DNA from: Paragordius varius
Taxonomy: Eukaryota > Animalia > Nematomorpha
Direction: 5' to 3'
NCBI GenBank assembly: GCA_964247055.1
Contig: OZ176054.1
Span: 9,610,001-9,674,000 of the forward strand
Length of the DNA: 64,000 nt
Below are positions 26,204 to 39,943 of the stretch, piece by piece (the first letter of the stretch is position 1; every line of letters begins with the position of its first letter). The translations under genes and the position numbers were made by a program. The notes below the pieces were generated by a model. That model made no database searches and had not been told where the DNA came from. It was given only the letters and a program-made list of their open reading frames with translations.

Positions 26204-29200
26204 TTCATTCAAAAAATGCACGAAATTACCTTTATAATACTTACAAATCAATATTCTTAGGATTCGTATTTTATTTTATTTCATTTTTATTTATTGATAT
26301 ATATTTATGTATGTTTTTGTGTTTTTTTTTTATTATTATATTTTTGGTTAAAAGTTTTGATTTCTTTTTTAGTTGCATTTACATATTAGTTACTATATAT
26401 TTTTTATTTTCATCTATATTATTCTTCTAATTTATTGTATTTTTGTTTTTTATGAGTGTTTTTTGTAAGGCTTGCAGGCCAGACCCGGCCAGTCGCTGCA
26501 CGGAGGTAGGGGCCAATAGGGATAAGGAAGGTTGTAGAATGTGTTTTGCCAGTATAAATGTTGGTTCGTTAAAAAGTAAGTTATATGATTCAGTTGAAAC
26601 TATGAGGGTAAAAAAAGTAAATTTTTTGTGCATTCAGGAAATTAGATACCGTGCAAATGGTACTAAGACGTTAGAGGGTAATTATAAAATGTTTTATTCA
26701 GGTTCTACGGATGGTTACAGTGGGGTCGCCATAATAGTGTGCCCAAGATTTGCCAATCAAGTAATTGAGGTTAGACGTGCTGACAGTAGAATTATAAGTG
26801 TCGACCTATTGTTAAATAAGAGGGTATTTACTATCTTTAGCGTTTATGCCCCCCAGATAGGGTTAACTAAACCGGAGAAAGATAAATTTTATGATTTGTT
26901 AGACGCAGAAATGACTTCATTAATGAAAGACAGAGAAATTATATTTTGTGGTGATTTCAATGGGCACGTGGGACAAAATAGGAGAGGTTTTGAGCCTTGG
27001 CACGGCGGAGAAGGTTACGGGGTATATGAAGAAGGGGCTAGTTTATTAAGATTTGCCCAATCTTAAACTTTGCTATAACAATTACTTTTTTTACTAAAAG
27101 GGATAGCCACTTAATTACCTACGAAAGTGGAAATAAGAAGTCACAAATCGATTATATTCTAGTACCACGAAAGTCTTTAAAGTTTGTTTTGGACTGCAAA
27201 GTGATACCTAACCTGCAGATTAGCACACACCACAATTTAATTATGTGTAAATATATGACATATATACCAATAAATGCCAAAAAGCCTAAGCTTATAGTGC
27301 CGAAGGTAATTAAATGGGATTCTCTAAGAAACAGTACAGAAAGATTTGTAGAAACGGTAGGCATACTAGACAGGAACAGTGATCCAGAAAGTGTTTGGTC
27401 TCAGGTGGCAAAAAAAATAAGAGAGGCGGGAGTTAAGGTGTGCGGAATGAAAGGTGGCAGAAACCAGGTTTATAGAGAGGCATGGCTCAAAGACGAAAAA
27501 ATAATTCTGAAATCGCGAGAGAAAAGAAAAGCTTTTAAATTGTGGAGGTTTACCCACCAAGCAGAAGACAAGGAAAAATATAAAAGGATTAATAAGGAAC
27601 TTAAAAGGTTGTAAGATTGGTCAAAAAAGAAAAGACGGCATCGTTATATGAAGAGTTAAACAGTAAGCAAGGTCCTAACAAAGTTTTTAATTGCTCGACA
27701 AAGACACAGAAGAAAGCTGACTTGCCCCCTTACGCGACAGCTATTAAAGATAAAAAAGGCAAATTACTCGTTGAGGAAGCGAAAATATTGAAAAGGTGGA
27801 AAGAATATTTCCAGGATCTTGAATTGGGCGTCAGTGAAACAAATTTACCCGAAACACCAGATTATAAATCTGCGCATATTCAAAGTATAACAAAACAAGA
27901 AGTCCAGGCCGGTTTAGAAGAGATGTATATAAATAAGGCTGCAGGTCCAGACGATATTAACGTAAACTGTTGGAAAATAATGGCAGAGAAAGGTATTGAA
28001 TTTTTAACGGATATTTTTAATAATGTAGTAACTACAGGTATGATACCAACCGAATGGTAGGAGAGTTTCACTGTTCCCATTTTCAAGGGTAAAAGAGATA
28101 TTAATGCTTGTAATAATTACAGAGGGATAAGATTGATGTCGCATACAATGAAGTTATTTGAGAAAGTACTAAAAAGAATAAGAAAAATGGTTAGTATAGA
28201 GGGTAATCAATTTGGTTTTTTTCCAGGAAAATCCACCATTGATCCGATTCCCGCAGTAAGAAGGCTAATCGAGAAGCATATAGAAATGAAAAAGGAGTTG
28301 CATGGTATTTGTATTGATATTGAAAAGGCATTTGACAGAATACCCCGGCAATATGGTGGAGCTTAAGACGGAAAAAGGTCCCTGAAAGTTACATAAAGAT
28401 TTTAAAAAGCATGTACGAATCACACCAAACCAAAATTAAAACACACCAGGGAATATTAGGTCCTATTAAAATAAACGAAGGGGTCTATCAGGGGTCTGCA
28501 ATCAGCCCGTTACTATTTATAATATGCATGGACCAAATTTCAAAAGAAGTAGGGAAACATGATGGCTGGTATTTTCTTTATGCAGACGACCTAATAGTGC
28601 TGTCCGACGAGTTGCATGAATTAAAAGAATTGGTGAGTAAATGGATTGATGTGTTACGACGATGCGGATTAAAAGTTAATAAAAAGAAAATGGAACTGAT
28701 AAATTTTGGCGGGCAAAATCGAGAAATAGATTAGAAGAAGGGTGGGTATTAAAAGGTCAGGAGGAATGCAAATATTTAGGAGCGATATTAGCAGCAGATG
28801 ATTCTTTAACACTTGATATTAATTTAAGAATTCGAAATAGTTGGGCAAATTATAAAAAGATCTCAAGTGTTTTGTGTGACAAAAATATTGACCTAAAAGT
28901 AAAGGGTAAGATTTACAGTGTTGTATAATCAACAATGATGTACAACTCACAGACATGGGCAATAAAGAAATCGGAAGAGAGGCACTTTCTGGTTACTGAA
29001 ATGAGAATGCTTAGATTGATGTGCGGTGTAACGAGGAATGACAAGGTGAAGAATGTCTACATAAGAGGAAGTACGGAAATCAAACCGGTAACGCAAAAGA
29101 TGATGGTAAATCGTTTAAGATGGTTCGGACATGTTGAAAAAAGAGATAAAAATTACATTGGTAAAAAGATTGATGATTATATTGTGAAAGGCAAGGGGGG

Positions 29201-29369
29201 AAAAGGGCGCCCTAAAACGCGATGGATAGATACAGTTAAGAGGGACATGGCAAAACTGAGCCTAAAACGCGAAGACGCCTTAGACAGGTTTCTATGGCGA
29301 AATAGTTTACGGATATGACCGCTCGAAAGAGTGATATCATATAATGTAATTATTTATTATTATTATTTT
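26204..29369 (+). mobile_element. Near full-length RTE-clade LINE (AP endonuclease plus reverse transcriptase), inactivated
   Basis: ATG at 26452. Endonuclease motifs NVGSL, LCIQE, SVYAPQ, GDFNGHVG. RT motifs QFGFFPGKSTID, DIEKAFD, GVYQGSAISPLLF, LYADD. C-terminal RLRWFGHV and GRPKTRWID. Several stops and frameshifts; (TAT)n tail near 29351-29368. The T-rich 5' region is shared with the copy at 52630. Confidence 0.95.
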
Positions 29370-31522
29370 AAGAAATAAATATTGATATCGATTTAAAATT
29401 GATGTTTAATAGAAAATAGGCTAAAAACAATAAAATAGATGAATTATTTAAGATTTGATTGATAAAAGTTAAATACAAAACAATAAAGTCAAAGGACCAA
29501 CTTAAAGTATTCAAAGACCAACTTGAAGTGTTCAAGACTCTGGAAGTGAAAATGGTATATTAACCTTGTAACCAACGTTTTTAGTATTATTATATTAGAT
29601 TAATTTTAGAACCACGTTTTAGTATTATATTATATTATTGAATAAACTGTAGAATGGCAAGCATTTCACCTTTATAAATTTGAGTACATTCATACCTCAT
29701 TATGTTTATATATATACATATATTATTATTATATATCGTCAACATATACAATAAATCATTTCTTTTTACCCTAGCTCACGTTACTTGTGGTCTCATCCAA
29801 CACTTATATGTAAATCAAATAATCTAATATTTTGCAAATATGTTGTCAAATATAAATGGCCTCAAAGCGGTTTGATATGGAACTTTCTTTCAAAACTAAA
29901 TTTTATTAAGATATTTTGGCTTATTTATATAATTTTTATTAGGATAAAAGCATAAATTTAAATTGGTACCGTTTCTTTTAATTATAAACATTAAATTAAA
30001 TATACTCTGACGTCACTAGATCCCTCAATAATCGAAATGTTACTTATCTTGATTTTTTAACCATAATATACATTTATTTGCCTGTTGTATTAGCTATTTA
30101 GAAAAATGGCGACGATCTGAGATGAAGATTTTTTCCAAGTTATATTTTTTTTAAATTATGCGCCTAAAAGCCTAAAGAAAGCATATTAAATTTGGCCCCA
30201 TTCTTAAAATATTTTTTAATATATTTTTAAATACATGAGCTATATATTTACCCCAAAAGGTAGTGTTAATTCATTCCCAAGTGCCTAATGGAGAACATGA
30301 GCCAATATTCACTCAAACATTAAATTTTTCGCAGTGGTAGAAATTACTTTTAACTAAATCAAGCTATGATAATAGTCGTATTCTAGCAGAAAACTGAATT
30401 GAAAGCATTCATTTGTGTGAAGAGAACAAAATGTGCAAAAATATGGGCCGGAACCCCTGCAAGCGGGTGACAAATTTTAACCTCTGCCAAATCATCAAAA
30501 ATAGAAAATTGACAAAATTTACATCTTGGGGTGATGATTGATAAATTTATTAGATATAAATTTATACATATACTATAGTATTTTACTTTTCTGAAAATCA
30601 TGATGTGTTAATTTAAAATTATCCAGAGTTTTATTCTATCCTACATTTACTGAAAATAGGGAAAGATGGCTTAATGCGATTAAAATAATCGTTTTAAAGA
30701 GTGGGGGCCAGAACTGCGGTTGAACTGCTGAGAAAATAAAATAAATAATACAATAAATTATCTTTATCAATGCCTTTTCGATTAGACTCAACAGAAAACT
30801 GGGCAAAACCCACATTATAAATGCATAATTAATATAGACCTATAAACCTTAAATGTCTTATTATAATAAAAAATCGAGATAAACTGAAACATAGCTGGAA
30901 TTTTTATAATGAAAGATTTTCATATTAATCTGAAACAAATAAGCAGAGGATAGGTACACAATTCAAAAAAATACAATATAAAAACGGCTTCCGGTCCAAT
31001 TTGGATAGATTCATTTCAAATGAGTATATTGGAAAATTTAGAGAACTTATTTATTATTTGAACCTATTATTTTAACATATTTTTAATATGTTTATTCGTA
31101 TTTTAATACTATTGAATTTATTTTTGGCCGTTTATTATCAGCGTACCCAAGAATATGTCTTTCTTGCATATGATTTTAAAAAAGGTTTTAAAGCCATAAA
31201 GTATTTTTTATAAAACGCATAGGCTTCACAGGTTGTTCAGTGCGATTTAAAAATAAAGCAGTAATCGTTTCTAATCTTAGCAGTGATTTTTGAATTAACA
31301 TATCAAGCAGGACGTTTTACGTCTTAAACCGGGCTCTTAAGGACTCCTTACCAAATAGAATATAGGTTGTCCCTTTCCCATTCCTATGACCGAATTTTTC
31401 GCTTCGCCACCACATCCAAAATCATAGATGGTTAAATTTACATAATTTGCAAATAGAAGTATTATTTTATTGATACGGTTACCTCAATTTATTTAAGACA
31501 ATTTATTTGTATAAAATATGTT

Positions 31523-32803
31523 TTAACATTTAAATCTATTTTGAAAAGTATAAAAATCTTTGCGTATTGACTTCCATCCCAGAGTTTTGTAAAATTTGTT
31601 GAAAGTAAAATTAATATAAAACGTACAAGTTATGTATATATATTCCAGCAACACTGTAAACGTTAGCCAAGTTGATATATAACCTTCAGAAACATGGGGG
31701 AACACAAAGTCCCATGCCATAATCAACAGTGACAAAGGCATAATTAGTATAAAAAACTCAGCAGTCAGCACTACTAAAGTTTTTAAATTCTCAGCATTTT
31801 TACGTTTTTTCCTTTCATACCATTTATTTCTACTGCTATCAGAGGCTAAATCTTTTTTGGCAATTGTTTCGTTAATGGGTCCGTTAAATTGATTAAAAAC
31901 GCTAGACCTGGATGCTTCTGTTTTGGATACACTAACAATGTTAGATACTTGACTATACGTTCTTATATTTTGTGCAACTTTTGTTTGCCGTTTTATCATC
32001 ACAATTTTGGCGATAAAAACGGTAAAAAACGGAATTATTTTGAGACAAAGCTCCCGTATAATTTCATAGGATTTGGATAACCTATTTATGGTGGGAGATA
32101 TTTTCCCTAAGGGTGAATTTTTATGATTCCAAACATATATTCCGTTTTGATCATAATGTGGTGGAAAACTTCGATATCCTTTAATACTGTTAATTTCGCT
32201 GATATTACCATATACACATACCTTAGCTAAATAGGTACTCATCCAAAATATGGTTGGTATATACCAAAGAAGGCTTGCAAACAAGCAAACAAACATAATC
32301 CAAACAACACGCTGATTGGTTACTAAAGTCCGATATTGAAATGGTTTGATTATGGCTACTAATTCGTTGGCAAAAAAAACAATGTATATAAGAAATCCAA
32401 AACTAATTAAGCTTTTAGACCACAGAGTATATATATGGGCCATATAAAAATTCCATGTCCTTGTGCCATATATGAAATTCGTAATTGAATCTCCTGCTAA
32501 TTGTAGGATTGGACCCGGGATTATTAATAGTGTGTTAATAAAATTGGTTAAGTAAAACCATTTTAATAATTTTTGATTTATGGACAGTTTAGATGTGTAT
32601 ATCATTGTATTATTATTGCTAGCTTTTCGAGGACCTTTGATATGATCATCATGATTTATTTGGAATTTGGAGAGTCGATATCCATACAAATTACCGAAAA
32701 GGCCCAAGACGCATAAAATAATTAGGGCGTATAAATTGAATTCGTTAAATGGTGTGTTTGGATAAATGTCTATAGCACTATAGTTTACACAGGGCAATGC
32801 CAT
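31523..32803 (-). CDS. Intronless rhodopsin-family GPCR, FMRFamide/peptide-receptor-like, paralog 1 (426 aa from the ATG at 32803)
   Basis: Seven hydrophobic segments: LGLFGN (TM1), ANELVAIIKPF (end of TM3), IP in TM4, IIPF in TM5, FFILIMP in TM6, TFYINFTFNKFY (TM7/helix 8). The ORF track starts at an upstream TTG; MALPCV is the first ATG. Confidence 0.9.
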   Translation of the reverse strand: MALPCVNYSAIDIYPNTPFNEFNLYALIILCVLGLFGNLYGYRLSKFQINHDDHIKGPRKASNNNTMIYTSKLSINQKLLKWFYLTNFINTLLIIPGPILQLAGDSITNFIYGTRTWNFYMAHIYTLWSKSLISFGFLIYIVFFANELVAIIKPFQYRTLVTNQRVVWIMFVCLFASLLWYIPTIFWMSTYLAKVCVYGNISEINSIKGYRSFPPHYDQNGIYVWNHKNSPLGKISPTINRLSKSYEIIRELCLKIIPFFTVFIAKIVMIKRQTKVAQNIRTYSQVSNIVSVSKTEASRSSVFNQFNGPINETIAKKDLASDSSRNKWYERKKRKNAENLKTLVVLTAEFFILIMPLSLLIMAWDFVFPHVSEGYISTWLTFTVLLEYIYITCTFYINFTFNKFYKTLGWKSIRKDFYTFQNRFKC

Positions 32804-34120
32804 TTTTAAAAAACTAAACTGCTTTTTTATCAACAAAAATATGTTAAAAATTAATTTAGTGTCATTCAAAACGTTACAATTTATGTTGCAATACTTGTTT
32901 TATATTATTGTCTTTTTCTTTTCCGTTTTCAATTTATTTTAATTGGGCCTCATAAAAACGTTTTTATCATTGACGATTTATAAAAAATTTCAATTACAAT
33001 AGCTTTTCTATATAATGATCTTAAATAAAGCAACAAAAGCATTAGTAAAATTGCATAGATTTCAAATTTTTCATGGCAAAAAAACAGAATTAATCACACC
33101 AAATGTTAACATTTCAGATAAGGCTAAAAAATGTAATGGAATAGGGTTAATAATATTTAGGCATTTTTATTTAATATCAGGTATTAAGTTTTTATAAATG
33201 GTTAAAACCAAAGGCGATTCCAAAAATCGTTATAAGAAGTATGAGAACTGAAATTATCCATTTTGATCGCTTCAACGGTACTGAAATGTTTTATTTAAGA
33301 GTTATGTTTCTTTTTACCAACCTAAATTAAAAAATATCATCGGTAACATTATATTTTTAAAACAAAAACTCTTTTTTCTGAGTTGATTTTTTAGATTGCT
33401 CCCAATTAAGTGAATAAAAACAGCCAATCAAAGTCATTATGAAGACTATGTTATTAAATCATAATTAAAATGATATATATTTTAAAACTATTTGCGGCGA
33501 ACTTTGATATTAAAAGGTCCTAGGTAGCATATCTATGGTATAAAGCCATATTTTTTATAGTTTATGTTTTTAGTTTTAATATATCCGAGTTTAATCAATT
33601 CCAACAAATGCATATTTTTATATCCGAGCCTTTAAAATTTTAATTATTCCCGGTAAAAAATTTATCGATATATACTACAAATAAATTACACTTGTTACAT
33701 TTTAAAACAGGTTCTCACTTTTAAAGTAATGATTTAACAAGCTCTAAATAAACTATGGTTCTACCTAACCGATTAAAAGCAATGTCAAGTCAAATCCTTC
33801 GAAACCAACCTTTGAATATTATATTTTCTTATATACAAATATAATTATAAGTCATGTAGGCTCTATATTTTGGTAAGGCATGCCCTAAAACATGGATTTG
33901 TGTTAATGTTGAAATATCGTCTGTTTAGTTGGCATTATGTATTTTTTGAAATTGTTTTTTTTCAATAATTGTTCCAATATTTAGGATATGATTTATCTGT
34001 ATTGGGAGTGTGAATCAAAGATATATTCAATTTATTTAAACATTAAGAAAATTGTATCATGATATCATATGTCAAAATATGTAGTGATTTCCGATAATAA
34101 TAGGGTAATTTATTTAAATT

Positions 34121-35497
34121 TTATGGACGCGTTAGCGCATTTTTTAGGTTACCAATATCGTGTTTACATGAATTTAGTGCAGATTTACGGTAATATTTGT
34201 TAAAAGCAAAATTAAAGTAAAATGTACAAGTGACATAAACATATTCCAATAAACAAAAAAAGACAAACCACGTTGAGATGAGGTGTGGTGATAAAATATG
34301 GGCAATAAAATCCCAAAACATTTGTATCAAAGAGATGGGTAAAAGAAAAAATATAAATTCTGCGGTCAGCACGACAAGTGTCTTTAAGTTTTCGGCATTC
34401 TTTTCTCTCTTTCTAGTGTACCAAGTCGAAGTTGGTGGTGCTGTTAGAGAGGACTTATTCTTATTTTCCTCATCAGCTGTAGGTGATGATTTACGTGCAG
34501 TAAATATATCACTAAATCGACTTTCTACAACTTCAGTTTCACTGCGGCTTTGAGCGGTGTCGGCTCCATTAAAACTCGATTTTACATTTCCTCGAGATCC
34601 AGCAACCGAGTAATGACTATAATTACGTATTATTTGAGCAACTTTGTTTTCTCGCTTAAGAAGAAAAATTTTAGCAGCAAATACTGTTAGGAAGGGTAAA
34701 ATTCTTAGACATAAATCCCGTGATATTTCATAAGCTTTGGAAAGCTTATCCCAAGTTGGGGAGCGAGCGCTTATGGGGTCAGCCTTATAGTTCCATATAA
34801 AGATACCGTGATTGTCATACTGAGGAGGAAATAAACGAAACCCTCGCATTAAGGGAATTCTTTTGGCGTTATTAATACATATATAGACACGGTATGATTT
34901 TAGCCAAAAAAATGTAGGAATGTGCCAAGCATAACAAGCAATAAAACATATAAGTAATAGGTAATTAATTCGTTTGTATGTGACCATTGTCCGATATTTA
35001 AAGGGTTTTAAAACGGCTACCAGTTCATTAGCAAAAAATAAAATGTAAATAAGGAATCCGAAGCTAATCAAGCTTTTACAAATTAGATAGTGGATATGGG
35101 CTAAGTAAAAATTCCAATCCCTTCGGGCCCATATAAAATTTGTGTCAGCATTACCCCAGAGCTGAAGAATGGGAGATGGTATCATTAGTAGCGTATTGAT
35201 AAAATTTATTTTATAGAACCATTTTAAAAGATATTGATTAATTGATAATTTTGATGTATTCAACGAAGTTGTTCGTCTTCCTTGGACCTGCTTAGAAGGA
35301 GGGAATAAACGAAATCTTGCCAATCGATACCCATATAAATTTCCAAACAATCCCATAACAAATAAGATAATAGAAACATATTTATCAAATTCGTTTAGAA
35401 ATATTTGTGGGAATAGATCTATTGAGCTAAAGTTTACGCACCCAGACACTAACTTTTCATCAATTATTAAAATATTACTTTTAGTGGTATATGACAT
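34121..35497 (-). CDS. Intronless rhodopsin-family GPCR, paralog 2 (458 aa)
   Basis: Clear paralog of 31523-32803: shared TSKLSINQ.LLKWFY..NFINTLL, KSLISFGFLIYI.FFANELVA, AENLKTLVVLTAEF, LLEY.Y.TCTFY.NF.FNK.Y. Confidence 0.92.
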   Translation of the reverse strand: MSYTTKSNILIIDEKLVSGCVNFSSIDLFPQIFLNEFDKYVSIILFVMGLFGNLYGYRLARFRLFPPSKQVQGRRTTSLNTSKLSINQYLLKWFYKINFINTLLMIPSPILQLWGNADTNFIWARRDWNFYLAHIHYLICKSLISFGFLIYILFFANELVAVLKPFKYRTMVTYKRINYLLLICFIACYAWHIPTFFWLKSYRVYICINNAKRIPLMRGFRLFPPQYDNHGIFIWNYKADPISARSPTWDKLSKAYEISRDLCLRILPFLTVFAAKIFLLKRENKVAQIIRNYSHYSVAGSRGNVKSSFNGADTAQSRSETEVVESRFSDIFTARKSSPTADEENKNKSSLTAPPTSTWYTRKREKNAENLKTLVVLTAEFIFFLLPISLIQMFWDFIAHILSPHLISTWFVFFCLLEYVYVTCTFYFNFAFNKYYRKSALNSCKHDIGNLKNALTRP

Positions 35498-36951
35498 TAA
35501 ATCTTAAAAAACCATATTTTTATTGTATAAATTTTAAAACGGAGATATGGTTTTTAGGTTAAATATAAATTCATTGTTAATCAAAAAAGGGCATATAACC
35601 AATTAAATAAAATAAATATTAGATTATAAAGAGTCATCATGCATTTTCACAATCCCAATATTTATTTATTTTTTCTTCATTTATTTTTTGCTTTAAAAGC
35701 ACAAAGGTAAAAATACAATTATTTTTTTGGATTATACTAATAGAAGCCTTTTGTTGTTTAGAACATTAATAAAGGAAATTTGTAATTAAATTTATCTTAT
35801 TGTAAGATATTATAGGGTGATGACGCAATGGAGTATAGATTTTTCTGTTAAAACATTGGTTGCTGGATATGTTTTATACGATTAGAACAGAACAAGATTT
35901 CTAAAATGTTTTTTAATCTAATAAGTGATTTACAACCATAAAATACTAAAGAATATTAATATTTTTTTACAATAAAACATTAAATAAACGATTTAAAAAT
36001 TACCACTTATGTAATTTATTTTTTATAAAACAATGGTTGCTTTTTTGGCAGATATTGGATGCTTAAAATGGTGCGAAACGCCATATCCACAACAAAATAA
36101 AACGCTTAGATATTACACAGGCTTTCTATCTAATTTGATGATGCTGAACATTTATGCCACCTTTAAATTCTACGGTTCGTTCAAATTATATAAGCTGAAA
36201 TTTTTTTTACAAAAATACACCCAAATTTGAAAGCAAACAAAGTGATAGAGATGTTCAGTATTATCGAATTATATAGAAAGGGTGTTTTTATAATATTGTA
36301 GAGCTAGTTTTACCGTCGCCATGTGCCTTAAAACCTTCATTAAAATTTTGCTATAAATTAATTTTTAAGCAAAATACTATTTATTGGACTTTTTTGATGT
36401 CAAAATTTAGTATATACTTAAAATTATTGGCAATATTGGTATTTTCGCGTTTATTTAAAAAGAACAGGGTGAATGGGACTTTTCCATCACACATCTAAAA
36501 TATAAGATTATTGTTGTTTTCTTTTTATATGTATATCATATTTAGTAATATTTTTTGATGAAGCCTTTTCTTTCATTAAATAAATTTTATTCAACTCATG
36601 CATGCGTGCGTGACCTTTGCCGTTTTTGATATTGATTAGTTACCACAAAACTGTAAATAACTTTCCTGACTCTCCTTTACAAAAAAGAGAAAAGGCATGA
36701 AGTGTTAAATCATTCGTAAGAGTTAAAAACTAAGTGCATCATCTTTCTGATACATTTTCTGTCGAAATATATTGGGTTCATCAGAATATTATATGTTTGA
36801 CTGTGAAAGACAAGAGGCATTTATTTAACAATGAAATAAAAAAAGGTAAAAAAACATTTGCGGTGAAATTATATGAAAAACAAGTATAAAAATATTATGC
36901 AGCGCACATATTTAATCTATATAATTTATAAAAATATCTGATCATAAAAAA

Positions 36952-39943
36952 TTAGTTTTTGCGCTTATCGCTCTTTACTTGTTTCTCAATAAAATTTTTG
37001 AAATGTCGCAGGATAAGCAAATTTCGCATCTGAATTTGACTTTCAATCGTTAGTTTATTTAGCCGTATTATTTGAACGTCTTCTTCATTTAAGGGGGCGG
37101 AATTTAACCTTAACAACATTTTTAAATTGCACACTAAATGTTTAATATCAAAATTAATTTTTTCCAACGCTTTATTAAATAATCTATTCTTTGCATTTTG
37201 ACTGTGATTATTCTTATAAATAAAATCCGATGATTGTGAAAACATATCGGGAGCAGGGTTTGTTTGCAGTCCTTTACTTTCCCGTATCATATATTGAAAT
37301 AGCTGATTGTATTGTGTAAGACGGTTAATCAGATTGTTGAGATATATACTTGACTACAATTTTATAAAATTATAAAAAATGTTTTTAACTATTGCCAATT
37401 TTTTAGATTAACAAATATGAATAAATGATGTTTACTGAATCCATTTGTTCGTCGAAAAGTTCTTCTAATGGTTTTTTGACCAGCAAGTCTAAATCATTGA
37501 ACCTGATTAAATCAAGAGTCGCTTCTTCCAATGATAAACTTTCGCTCTGGGCATATAAATATATTGGATTGACAGTGAAAAATCAATCAATAATCAAATA
37601 ACATTTATATTACAGTAAATATTGAAATCATACGAACAAAATGTAAATATAAAGACAAATATCTTTTTCTAAAAAACAACCATATTTTTTCAAATTCAAT
37701 TTGTTCAAATATAACTTATTGTTTTGGATTGCAAAATAGGGATTAGGTATGTAAATTGTTAATACACTCAATTACACTGCTCAACAAGGTTTTGCACCAC
37801 CCCATTATTTTTGCATTTTCTGATACCTAATGGCATGGAAAGGCCAAAACAAAAAAGAAAAATGAGGCCACCAATAGGATTTTTCCAAAATTTAATTTTT
37901 AAATTTGTATTTAATTCAAAAATAACAATCATTCCTTGTGTATATATGTTTAAATATTCAAACAAGCAAGTCGATACAAGTAATATTCCATGCATGGATA
38001 ACATATTCTAGGCATTAAATAAGATACTAAATAAGCTAGAGCCAAAGTATTAAAAATCTAAAAGGGGCTTATGTATAGTGTGTTAGATATGGGCGGCTGC
38101 ACAAGCTCTGCATATCCCCCAAGCGATCCTATGATTATGCCAGATATGGCAAAGATAACAATAAGTAAGCGTAAAGTCCGATAAGAGAGACTTGCAAGCA
38201 AAATCGTGGCAAATTGACATGTCAAATTAACCAATTTACAGAATAAAGTTAGATAAATTCTACAATTAAATTGAATATAAATTAGGTCAATACAAATGGT
38301 CCAACCCCATAACAGTAAATTCTACTAAAAGTGGCTACACAACATCCATCTGAAATTCAAAATACAAAACAACCAATAATTTTAAAAAAATAAGGTATAT
38401 CCACTAGGTATAAATAAAGGATTTTTATAAGAACCAACTCAAGAGAAAAAGTCTAATAAGTACTTGAAAGAACGAAATCTAACAAAAAAATATAGCCTTT
38501 CTGAAAGCCGAAGGTTTAAACCATAGAATGCCTTTTTTAGTATTTTTTTAAAAAATTTTTATATGTGTTAAAAATTCACTTGAAAAAAAAGACTAAATTT
38601 TGACGTTTAAGTCCGTACTATTTTTTTTCTCTCTGATATTTAAATGACTTTATATTCAAAAGATAGAGTTTAAAAAGCTTTATTAAATGTTATTAAGATA
38701 ATATAATAACATTTTATTATAAAGTTATATTTAATTTTCTCTCGATTTTCTCTTGTTTTTGAAAAATTGAAAAACCTTCTGATTGGCGGGATCAGAATTT
38801 TTTTCAAATTCGGTTTTAAAACACTGAAATTTGTCATAATTTAAAAGGTTTGAGTGGTGGTTAAAAATGTCCAAATTTGTCGACTAGTGTTATTTGACAA
38901 TGTCATCAAGTAGTTTATGCTGGAAAAATTAAGGTTTGATAAAGTAGGGTTGTCTTATTTGTCTTAATATTTTTACGTTTTGTCCGTGTAATTTCAATTT
39001 TTATTGTAAAAGTTCCTAAATAGAGATGATGATTTTTGTAATCTTCAATATCAAAAAAGCAATTTATGTAATTAATTATTTACCAATTGATTATAAAGTG
39101 ATCGAGACAATTTTTTTAATTCCCGGATTCGATTTTGACTTGATTCCAAAATATCTCGCCTTATACCAGCTCTCTTTTTCTTATTAAGCTTGTCAAAATT
39201 TAAATTAGCCAAATATTTGCATGATATGGTGTAGCGTTTTTGTACTTCAGTTAATTCATCCAGTGAATAAGTATTTAATGATGGGGTGTTAAAATTTTTC
39301 TTTTGATATAATATTTTAGATATGTTCTTACCGTAATTTGAGGAATCAAAATAATTATTAATTAGCGGTATTTGACGAACTGGCTTCTCATTGAAATATA
39401 GAAATCGGGCATCTGATCGTTGAGAGAGATCGATTTTTTCATCTCGCATCAATTCTTTTATATGATTCCGGAGGAGGCTATTTATATAAGATATTTTTTT
39501 AGGTGACTCCTCGTTTTTAATCAATGATAGTTCGGTTAGATTATCACTGTCATCATCTTTTTCTTCTACCTGATCATCTTGAATTGTTGCCTCTTGTTTA
39601 TTGTCATAATTCATAGATATTTCATTAGTGATTGGTTCGGATCCACTCGTTAACCTTAGTGGACCGTCATTGTCGACCCCGGTTTCCTTTATTTTGTTTT
39701 CAAAGTTTTCAGATGGAACATCACCACTCAGTGAATCGATTAATTGTTGTCTATAAGTTTCATCATTTAAAATCCCGACCAAACGTTTCTCATTTTTGTT
39801 TGGTATGGGAGCAGCAACGTTTTCCGACATCATATATTTTGGCCAATCCTGTATTCCATTTTCACCAGCGGTGTATAGCATGCGAGTATTGTAAATTGAT
39901 ATTCCAAGACTTAATGTTAGGATAGATAACCAAATGTGGATTC
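36952..39943 (-). CDS. Uncharacterised, probably secreted protein (about 444 aa if the candidate first exon 41285-41273 is used)
   Basis: Phase-consistent exons 39943-39084, 37546-37436 and 37302-36952. N-terminal hydrophobic stretch GIHIWLSILTLSLGISIY. The candidate micro-exon ATGAGGAAGAACG|GT (MRKN-G) supplies the required phase 1. No family recognised. Confidence 0.65.

Noticed and set aside
30383-30730. GC-richer intergenic patch with short ORFs
   Set aside because: No recognisable motifs; frames close within about 70 codons.
37768-38330. Hydrophobic minus-strand reading frames inside the orphan gene's intron, suggestive of a membrane protein or TE relic
   Set aside because: Short, no recognisable motif or consistent splice structure; cannot be assigned.
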